From positions 2,232,001 to 2,296,000 of the forward strand of contig OU015569.1 in the NCBI GenBank assembly GCA_907165135.1: 64,000 bases of DNA. The letters are read 5' to 3'. This document shows, in pieces, positions 51,501 through 61,700 of this stretch. Made by a program: the position numbers and the translations under genes. The notes under the pieces were generated by a model, which was not told where the DNA came from, searched no databases, and saw nothing but the letters and a program-made list of their open reading frames with translations. Position 1 is the stretch's first letter. Each line of letters opens with the position of its first letter. Source of the stretch: Oikopleura dioica. Its lineage: Eukaryota > Animalia > Chordata.

Positions 51501-54500
51501 AGCGCCGTACTCAGTTCAAAACCACTCCGCGCCAGCCTCAAAGAGAGTATCGATCACGCGGTCGTCAGTCTACTACATTGAGGTGACTCTTGTTTTCATT
51601 AAATTTTGCGGCTTATTGAATTGCGTCAGTGATATTTCTTGGGATCAGCGAAGTGAGATGAACCTTTATCTGGATCAGCCGGCGCCGTCGCGTCAGAGCC
51701 GACATCCCTATCACACAAACCACGCTGCGATTAACACGAAGGCGCTCGAAGAAATCGACCGAATGAAGGAAGCCCTTCAACAGGAACTGATGCACGTCCA
51801 GTACAAAGTCGAGCAGAAGAATCTCGAAAACAAATACAGCCAAGATCCGGTCTACAACAGTTCTTATCCAAAGGTAATTGGTTTCTTGCCTCTCAACTGA
51901 TAAGGAGCTTGATTCATCCTTTCTTCAGACAACATATATCTAGGGTCTACGCGCAAAAAATGGGCAACCTCTTCCGCTTATTTTCACGGAAATCCAATTG
52001 TACCATATTTTAGAGCATCCCCGAATTAGTATAAATCGGTTTTAAAAAGAAAAAAAAATCGAGTTTTTCAACCCTTTTTCTCATGTCAAAGTTCCCAAAT
52101 TCTGGTGTTTTTCAGTTTTTGGCACCGGAAGTGGGTCGCACCCCTATAAAGTACCCTTTTTTTTGTTCTCTGATAATAGCTTACCGTCTGTTGCATCTAT
52201 ATCAGCAAAAAAAATCGTATCGGGTACCTAGTGCAAGATGAGATTTTTAAGTCGGAAGTTCCTCCGGAAGCACTAAAAATGCCGAAATTCGCTCTACTTC
52301 TCTGAACTTGGGATTTCTTGAATGGATAACCCCTGCAACTTATCAGAACTGGTCTTACCAAGACTTATCTAACCGAACCGCGGCCCAACCAGCCGGTTTT
52401 CTTCAAGAATCATCGAGTGAACCATAATAATGTATGTTTTTTGAATATTGATCAATGGACGATCATTTTGCTCGGCCAGTAAATGGCCACTTATGGTCAA
52501 CTTTGGTCTTGTTCGGCCGGAGGATCCCGGAGGACCTCCCTGGTGGAAGACCATCCGCTGGAAGACCAATATTCAAAATATTCAATATATGGCCGCGCTC
52601 GGTCAGTATATGGCCACCTTTGGTCATCATTGGTCATGTTCGGCCGGAGGACCCCGGAGGACCTCCCTGGTGGAAGACTATTAGATGGAAGACCAAAATT
52701 AAATAATAAAATAAAATGCCTTGCTGGGCTAAAAATTGACAATTTCGGCAAACTTTGGTCACTTTATGCTTGAGGACCCCTGGAGGACCCCTTTTGTCGG
52801 ATAACAATCAACTGGAAGACCAACATTTAAAAAAATAAAAATCAATCATAGTCAATTCAGCGACGCCCATTTATTCTTTTAAATCAGTGTCAGGGCGAAG
52901 CCGACCCGGAGGGGAGGTCACGCCCATTTATTCTTTTCAATAAGAGTCAGGGCGAAGCCGACCCGGAGGAAAGGCCAGGCCCGATTATTCTTATCAATCA
53001 GTGTCAGGGCGAAGCCGACCCGGAGGGGAGGTCACGCCCATTTATTCTTTTCAATAAGAGTCAGGGCGAAGCCGACCCGGAGGAAAGGCCAGGCCCGATT
53101 ATTCTTATCAATCAGTGTCAGGGCGAAGCCGACCCGAAGAGGAGGCCACGCTCGTTCATTCTTTTAAATCAGAGTCAGGGCGAAGCCGACCCGAAGGGGA
53201 GGCCACGCCCGTTCATTCTTTTCAATCGGTGTCAGGGCGAAGCCAACCCGAAGGGAGGCCACGCTCGTTCATTCTTTTCAATCAGTGTCTGGGCGAAGCC
53301 GACCCGAAGGAGGCCACGCCCGTTCATTCTTTTCAATCGGTGTCAGGGCGAAGCCGACCCGAAGGGGAGGCCACGCTCGTTCATTCTTTTCAATCAGTGT
53401 CTGGGCGAAGCCGCCCCGAAGGGGAGGACACGCTCGTTCATTCTTTTAAATAAGAGTCAGGGCGAAGCCGACCCGGAGGAAAGGCCAGGCCCGATTATTC
53501 TTATCAATCAGTGTCAGGGCGAAGCCGACCCGAAGAGGAGGCCACGCTCGTTCATTCTTTTAAATCAGAGTCAGGGCGAAGCCGACCCGAAGGAGGCCAC
53601 GCCCGTTCATTCTTTCAATCGGTGTCAGGGCGAAGCCAACCCGAAGGGAGGCCACGCTCGTTCATTCTTTTCAATCAGTGTCTGGGCGAAGCCGACCCGA
53701 AGGAGGCCACGCCCGTTCATTCTTTTCAATCGGTGTCAGGGCGAAGCCGACCCGAAGGGAGGCCACGCTCGTTCATTCTTTTCAATCAGTGTCTGGGCGA
53801 AGCCGCCCCGAAGGGAGGACACGCTCGTTCATTCTTTTAAATAAGAGTCAGGGCGAAGCCGACCCGAAGGGAGGCCATGCCCGATTATTCTTTTCAATCA
53901 GTGTCAGGGCGGAGCCGACCCGGAGGGGAGGCCACGTTCGATCATTTTTTCCAATCAGAGTCAGGGCGAAGCCGACCCGAAGGGGAGGCCACGCCCGTTT
54001 TATTTTTAAAATCAGTGTCAGTGTGTAGCAGGCCCGAACGGGAGGCCATGCCCAATTGATTCTTTCAAATCAGTGTCAGGGCGAAGCCGACCCGGATGGA
54101 AGGCCACGCCCGAATATTTTTCTTAAACAGTGACAGGGCGAAGACCACCTGAAGGGGAGGCTACGCTCGTTTATTTTTTTTAATCAGAGGGAGGGCGGAG
54201 CTGACCCAAAGAGGAGGCCACGTTGGATCATCTTTCTCAGTCAGAGTCAGGGCGAAAAGGATTTAACAGGGCTTTTCTGTTGTGCTTTTGTCTGTTGAAT
54301 TTTGAACGCTCTGAAATCCCGAATATTGAATCCGTAAGAAACCTTCCGAATGATTTTCGGGACGAAGTTATTCGGAAAATCTAAAAAAATTCGTGAACTT
54401 GAAATATTTTTAGAGACAAGCCTTGCTTTACCTCAGACTTAATAAGATGGACGGAAATGTGATTCTCTTCCGGTCGCCTTCGCCCAAACCCTGATTTAAA

Positions 54501-57500
54501 GAATGAACAGCCGTGGCCTCCCTTTCGGGTCGGCTTCGCCCTGACTCTGATTTAAAAGAATGAACGAGTGTGTCCTCCCCTTCGGGTCGGCTTCGCCCAG
54601 ACACTGATTGAAAAGAATGAACGAGCGTGGCCTCCCTTCGGGTCGGCTTCGCCCTGACACCGATTGAAAAGAATGAACGAGCGTGTCCTCCCTTCGGGTC
54701 GGCTTCGCCCAGACACTGATTGAAAAGAATGAATGAGCTTGCCTCCCCTTCGGGTCGGCTTCGCCCTGACACCGATTGAAAGAATGAACGGGCGTGGCCT
54801 CCCTTCGGGTCGGCTTCGCCCTGACACTGATTGAAAAGAATAATCGGGCGTGGCTCTCCTTCGGGTCGGCTTCGCCCTGACACCGATTGAAAAGAATGAA
54901 CGGGCGTGGCCTCCCTTCGGGTCGGCTTCGCCCTGACTCTAATTTAAAAGAATGAACGAGCGTGTCCTCCCCTTCGGGTCGGCTTCGCCCAGACACTGAT
55001 TGAAAAGAATGAATGAGCTTGGCCTCCCCTTCGGGTCGGCTTCGCCCTGACACTGATTGAAAAGAATAATCGGGCGTGGCCTCCCCTTCGGGTCGGCTTC
55101 GCCCTGACTCTAATTTAAAAGAATGAACGAGCGTGTCCTCCCCTTCGGGTCGGCTTCGCCCAGACACTGATTGAAAAGAATGAATGAGCTTGGCCTCCCC
55201 TTCGGGTCGGCTTCGCCCTGACACTGATTGAAAAGAATAATCGGGCGTGGCCTCCCCTTCGGGTCGGCTTCGCCCTGACACCGATTGAAAAGAATGAACG
55301 GGCGTGGCCTCCCCTTCGGGTCGGCTTCGCCCTGACTCAAATTTAAAGGAATAAACGAGCGTGTCTTTCCCTTCGGGTCGGCTTCGCTCAGACACTGATT
55401 GAAAAGAATGAATGAGCTTGTCCTCCCCTTCGGGTCGGCTTCGCCCTGACACCGATTGAAAAGAATGAACGGGCGTGGCCTCCCCTTCGGGTCGGCTTCG
55501 CCCTGACTCAAATTTAAAGGAATAAACGAGCGTGTCTTTCCCTTCGGGTCGGCTTCGCTCAGACACTGATTGAAAAGAATGAATGAGCTTGTCCTCCCCT
55601 TCGGGTCGGCTTCGCCCTGACACCGATTGAAAAGAATGAACGGGCGTGGCCTCCCCTTCGGGTCGGCTTCGCCCTCACACTGATTGAAAAGAATAATCGG
55701 GCGTGGCCTCCCCTTCGGGTCGGTTTCGCCCTGACACCGATTGAAAAGAATGAACGGGCGTGGCCTCCCCTTCGGGTCGGCTTCGCCCTGACATTGATTG
55801 AAAAGAATAATCGGGCGTGGCCTCCCCTTCGGGTCGGCTTCGCCCTGACACCGATTGAAAAGAATGAACGAGCGTGGCCTTCCTTTCTGGTCGGCTTCGC
55901 CCTGACACTGATTGATAAGAATAATCGGGCCTGGCCTTTCCTCCGGGTCGGCTTCGCCCTGACTCTTATTGAAAAGAATAAATGGGCGTGACCTCCCCTC
56001 CGGGTCGGCTTCGCCCTGACACTGATTTAAAAGAATAAATGGGCGTCGCTGAATTGACTATGATTGATTTTTATTTTTTTTTAAATGTTGGTCTTCCAGT
56101 TGATTGTTATCCGACAAAAGGGGTCCTCCAGGGGTCCTCAAGCATAAAGTGACCAAAGTTTGCCGAAATTGTCAATTTTTAGCCCAGCAAGGCATTTTAT
56201 TTTATTATTTAATTTTGGTCTTCCATCTAATAGTCTTCCACCAGGGAGGTCCTCCGGGGTCCTCCGGCCGAACATGACCAATGATGACCAAAGGTGGCCA
56301 TATACTGACCGAGCGCGGCCATATATTGAATATTTTGAATATTGGTCTTCCAGCGGATGGTCTTCCACCAGGGAGGTCCTCCGGGATCCTCCGGCCGAAC
56401 AAGACCAAAGTTGACCATAAGTGGCCATTTACTGGCCGAGCAAAATGATCGTCCATTGATCAATATTCAAAAAACATACATTATTATGGTTCACTCGATG
56501 ATTCTTGAAGAAAACCGGCTGGTTGGGCCGCGGTTCGGTTAGATAAGTCTTGGTAAGACCAGTTCTGATAAGTTGCAGGGGTTATCCATTCAAGAAGTCC
56601 CAAGTTCAGAGAAGTAGAGCGAATTTCGGCATTTTTAGTGCTTCCGGAGGAACTTCCGACTTAAAAATCTCATCTTGCACTAGGTACCCGATACGATTTT
56701 TTTTGCTGATATAGATGCAACAGACGGTAAGCTATTATCAGAGAACAAAAAAAAGGGTACTTTATAGGGGTGCGACCCACTTCCGGTGCCAAAAACTGAA
56801 AAACACCAGAATTTGGGAACTTTGACATGAGAAAAAGGGTTGAAAAACTCGATTTTTTTTTCTTTTTAAAACCGATTTATACTAATTCGGGGATGCTCTA
56901 AAATATGGTACAATTGGATTTCCGTGAAAATAAGCGGAAGAGGTTGCCCATTTTTTGCGCGTAGACCCTACATATATCTTTTTTGTCGAGAATGGAACTC
57001 CTATACTTTTTGTATGTTTATACTCTTGCATGTATTTCGGTGAAGATGAAACTAAAATGTTCATTTTCAGCCGCAGTTTTCTGCACCGCCAAGGCACAAT
57101 CTCTCCGCGCGGAATCGCTCTATTATGGCACCGCCAACGGATGAGCAGATTCGCCAAAACACGCAAGAGTACATTAACCGTACGACGGCGACGGATGATT
57201 TGACCGAAAAGGATCTTCTCGATATTAAAAACGACGATCAAATTGGCGATGGCGCTAAGCTTGACGATAACCCAGATCCTACTTTCTTGACTGCTGTTCC
57301 GACGGAAAAAAGTATTGATATTCAGAGGTCAACTAAGGTCGAATTCGCCCCGAGTCCTGAGTCTTCCCAGACTGAGTTGGATACAGGAAGGAGTTACTAA
57401 AGCATATTATGTTCTACAACTTTACTCTTCAAAAATCTCAATCAATCTCTCATCAAATTTTAGCTATTTCTTCGTAACTTTGATTAGCCGGACTTGCGGA

Positions 57501-57993
57501 AAGAAACGCTGCTCGCGAGGTATCTAAAATATCTTCTCTGCATTCTCGCTCCTCCCAAAAACTCATTCACACAGACAGCAGCGAAGCTGTGCTTGAGAAC
57601 CGAAAAGTTTCAACCATCCAAACAGGGTTAAAAGGGGCTAAACGGCCGGGTGAAGAGCGTAAAGTGTCGCGCAAGATCCACGCGCTGCTCGAGCTCCAAG
57701 CCGAAGGTTCTAGCGAAGGGTTGAAAAGTGAGAGCTCAAACTTGAGCCAGCTGAACCGTCTCTCCGCCATGCGCCACGATATTCGCAAAAAGTGGCAGAG
57801 CGTCATAGACTAATCGTAAATTTTCGATGTTGATAAGATTATTCGTCGTTTTTTTTGTTGTTGTTTCCCGTCTCGCCCCTGGCAGAGAAACGGAATTTCA
57901 TGTCAGAAAATTTTAAAATCTAAAGCTTTTTCGTTTCAGCCTTCGAATGCCAGTTTTATTGGTCAAGTAGATGAACTCATCTATGCTTACTAA
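48558..57993 (+). CDS. CSPP1: Centrosome and spindle pole-associated protein 1-like
   Basis: DYAKMLREQIQQRQREKQR...EMRYYDPFGRGGAGAPVRGKDGQVMTDLRQM matches the CSPP1 motif ([28 protein letters not shown]). Coiled-coil exons follow. A phase-0 intron (51874-57070) contains the 5-kb element. The terminal exons are tentative. Confidence 0.75.
52864..54256 (+). repeat. Tandem array of ~24 x 56-57-bp units (left arm of foldback element)
   Basis: Unit ~cagggcgaagccgacccgaaggggaggccacgcccgttcattcttttcaatcggtgt. Innermost units are degenerate. Confidence 0.95.
54470..56045 (-). repeat. Tandem array of ~28 x 56-57-bp units, inverted relative to the left array
   Basis: Reverse complement of the same unit, separated from the left array by a ~210-bp unique spacer. 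Confidence 0.95.
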
Positions 57994-58708
57994 CATAACA
58001 GTAAGACTAACACGCTGTGTACTATTTGAACAAAATAACTTTCATTTTTTAAAAAGCCGGTATCTTGTCTTCCTCGTTGATTGCATAAGACATAGGTTCC
58101 GCCTTGAAATGATGATTAAAAGAATTGATTGAATTTGAACTCTTGCCCTGCTTGTTTTTGAATTTTTATGGCTACTGAAGCATGTGTGTATAGCGATAGA
58201 GGCATGAATATTCATCCCTAATTTGTTTTTCAGAAATTGATCTTGGAAGTTGAGAAGAGTCTTGAAGCGCCAGAAGACTCCAGCGATCGTCTGCAAATCG
58301 TCTCCAACTCTCATCTGGACTAACTTCATCGAACTCTCTACCTTCAACTTCAAATCAACCCTATCCCATAAATGACTGTACATTTACCTCCAAGAAACAA
58401 ATTTCCAATTCTAAAGATAAACAGTGCACTTTCGCACAGCTTCCAAAATACCGTCATTGTCTTATTAAAAAAGTACCACTTTCCCTCGAACAATCAATTC
58501 GTCTTTCCTGCAATTCCCGATTCAAAAAACAAACCTACAGATTGGAATTTTCTCATACCAATTCTTGTAGAATCAAAACTGAAAAAAATATTTTATGTAT
58601 TTTTATGCGACACAATTTTCTTTTTGTATTTCTATTTTTGTAGCACAATATAGTTCCTTTTCTATAAAACAAAGCAAAACTGATGAATTTAACATATTTT
58701 TAATCAGT

Positions 58709-61700
58709 ATGTCGGCAACGAAGTCGGAACTGGAATCTCCGGGGGGAAATCGAAAGCTTCGCCCAGAGATCCAGAGATACGTTCCAGGAAAAACGAAGAT
58801 CTCGAAACAAGAGCAAAACCAAAACGACGAAAATTCGCAAAAGCGCCTTTTAGGAAAGTTAAAAAACCCAACAAAATCGCTGACAAAAGCAAAAGTTCGA
58901 GAGTGTATTAAATCACATGACCAGAGTTGACCGGGCTTCTAACTAAAGAACAGAGCTTATAAATCAGAAGCAAAAGTTTCGAAATGAAAAACTGTCGCAG
59001 CAGAACAACGGCGAGAGAGCGAGAAGCCGAAAGAATTCGGAAAACGTTCCTGCCAAGAACGCGAATTCCGTAGCCACAAACAGCCACGCAAAAGCCATGG
59101 CCGAAACAAACAATAATGAGCAGCAGAAAAGCATCGAGCGCAAAGAACCCAATCCGAAGAAGCCAAATCAGAACAAACGCAAAAATACGAAGAAAAAAGG
59201 TAAACGCCCGACATTTCTTGCTCCCTCAAAGCCTTATCAATTAACTCTCAATAATCGCTGTTGTCTTCAGACAGTCGTCCCCAAAACACTCAACAGCAGG
59301 ACAACTCAGACGCTCGTTCGGACATCTCGCGCGCTTCGACCAACATTTCCTCCCGCGGAGGCCGGAACAACCAAAATCGACAGAATCAAAAGTCGTCAAA
59401 GTTTCAAGAATTCCGAAAAATATCCAAGCAAAGAGAGGAAATCCAAGCCAAGGTCTCGGATTTGGTGTGACCCGCTGTGCGCAAAAATGAGTCCCCTGAA
59501 ATGGCGCACAAAATGATGTGCGCAGCATTCGCGGATCACAGAAAAGGCTGTGATTCAGTCTAGCACACCGCCAAATTTGCTGTGGCCGATCACAGCTCTC
59601 AATCACAGAATTCGTGTGATCCAAAAATTAGGGATGGGAATTCAGGCTTTCATAACGAGGGATTGTTGAATCATCTCAAAGGTCGAAGCCGCGTTATCGG
59701 AAATTCTTATCATCCGGCCATGGGATGAATAGTTTTAACAGGTTTCAAATAAGTCGGACATAAATTGGTGGAGCGATTTTGAAAGTGTTAGAGTCGAGAT
59801 ATTTCGACTCTCTCTTTTGCACCATGTTGGGGAGGGTCTGATGTGTGTTAAATAAGATTTTGGTGTTATTTGAATATGTGGAGGTGGAGTAATGAAGTCA
59901 CAAAGTTGATTGTGCCCTTCTATAACGCATTTTCATGACGTCATAACTCCACCACCAGAAATGTTATTGACACCAATTCTTCTTAAAATATGTAAACTTA
60001 TATCCGGCTACAGTCTGCAAGTTACAGATCGTAATTATCTTAGCCCAATCAAAAGTTACAGACATCGTATGTCCGACTAATTTGAAGCCTGTTTTTCCTA
60101 ATGAAATTCAGTGATAAATTCATGGGTCGGGCGAAAGGAATTCTGGATCACAAAAAAATTTGTGATCCAAATAAGACTGAATTTCAATTCTGTGATCGAG
60201 CCTCGATCACAGTTCTTCTGTGATCGAATAAACCTGCGCACATCTTATTGTGCGCCTTTTCAGGAGACATGTTTTCGTGCACAGCGGATCACACCAAATC
60301 CGAGACCTTGATCCAAGCTAGAGAGGAGCGCCCGCGAGACGATCGAGGATCCTACTCCCGCGGTGGTCCCCCAAGAGGAGGATCTCATCAACCAGATCGA
60401 GAAGTCCGTATTCAGCAAGAAACGAGAGAAGCAAGAGCTAAAAATGACAATCCTCCACGAAATAACAGAAACCGACACGAACCGACTAACCGACGAGACA
60501 CAGACACCAGAACAAAATCTGAAACGTCGAGGGGTTCAAATAAAGAGAGCAATATAAGAAATCGCCAAGAAAACAACAGATCCAATAATCAAAAACAACA
60601 GAAGCCACGAGGCAAAGCAGAGGATAGAAGAAAAGTCGAAAAAGAAAAGACACCTCCTCCTGCTGAGCGAAAAGAAGCTTCACCGGAAATCAAGTCGCCA
60701 GAAAAGGCACTTGTGTCTACTCCACAGAAAACGGCCGATTGGGGTGATCTCATGAACGAGGAAGACGAAGGGTTTAGCTTCGAACCACCAGGCGTTTCCA
60801 GGCGCGATTCGTGGGCCACTCTTGAAAATTCTAGCAGCAGGGACGCTGATACGGCTCCAAGACCATCAGGAAGCGCCAGACAACGGCCACAGAAAATCAA
60901 AGAGGAAGATGACTCTTCATCATCGAAACGCGCAAACGGCATTTCAGTGATAAGAATAAATCCGTCGCAAATGTCCCGCGTGCGCAAAGAATCGGAAAAA
61001 TACAACGCTTCAGGTTCGATCTTTCACTATTTCACAACATGCCCTATCAAATAATAATTAGACTCTGATGGGTACTCCACGACCGGGAATCCGGGAAGCG
61101 TTTATGGCAATCGTGCAAGGAAAAGGATCGATCGATTTAGTGCCGCTCTTGTAACTAACAGTGGCATCGACAAAAAAAAACTTACTTAAACGAGAAACAT
61201 AGTAAACGAAAATAGATTAGCATGTCTTTTTAGTATCGAGAAAGTTATCCTTCCCAAAGAGCTCCGCCAAATGGTGCCCGAATGGTCAAAAGTCGACCGC
61301 GAGGTGGTGGCCGCGGCGGTTACGATCCGGATTACGACCGTAACATCAACAGATACAGGGGTCGAAACGACGACAACTTCCGAGATCAGGACCGTGTCGT
61401 CGAAATGGTCAACAACGATACTCGCAGACGCAGTAAGATCACTTTTTTTGGTTTCTTTTTTCATCGGTATTTAGCAAAAGAAAGCGACATGAAGTACAAC
61501 CTCGAAAACGCAATTTGTAATTTCAAGCAAGCATATGAGAGCGCTCGTTTCTTAAAAACCTCAATTCCAGAAAAGAAACGCGCACTCGATATCTTCACAC
61601 AACTTGTCACATTCCATCCCGTTTTTACTTTTTCGGAAAAAGTTTTTGATCTGGTAAGGTCGTTTGCAAATTCGCGATTTGTCATTTTTTAGGTCTGGAA

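Larger units (their letters stand above)
51941..56970. mobile_element. 5,030-bp non-autonomous foldback DNA transposon (hAT-like), ~1.08-kb TIRs, intronic
   Basis: Ends TAGGGTCTACGCG / CGCGTAGACCCTA. Exact 8-bp TSD catatatc (51933-51940, 56971-56978). Mirrored ORFs sum to 108911. Arms look near-identical to ~53020/55889 apart from an A7/T9 run. No transposase. Confidence 0.95.

Noticed and set aside
54496-55623. 375-aa ORF of SGRSRPEGEATPVHSFQSV repeats
   Set aside because: Follows from a 57-nt period lacking stops in one frame. The same peptide is broken by 56-nt units elsewhere, so there is no sign of frame selection.
52864-56045. CRISPR-like appearance of the regular array
   Set aside because: Units are contiguous with no unique spacers, there are no cas genes, and the context is eukaryotic.
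52369-56542. Paired identical ORFs at 52369-52773 and 56138-56542
   Set aside because: Mirror images produced by the TIRs; no transposase motifs.
58042-58653. ORFs between CSPP1-like and SMG6-like genes
   Set aside because: AT-rich, no domain, and no supported splice model.
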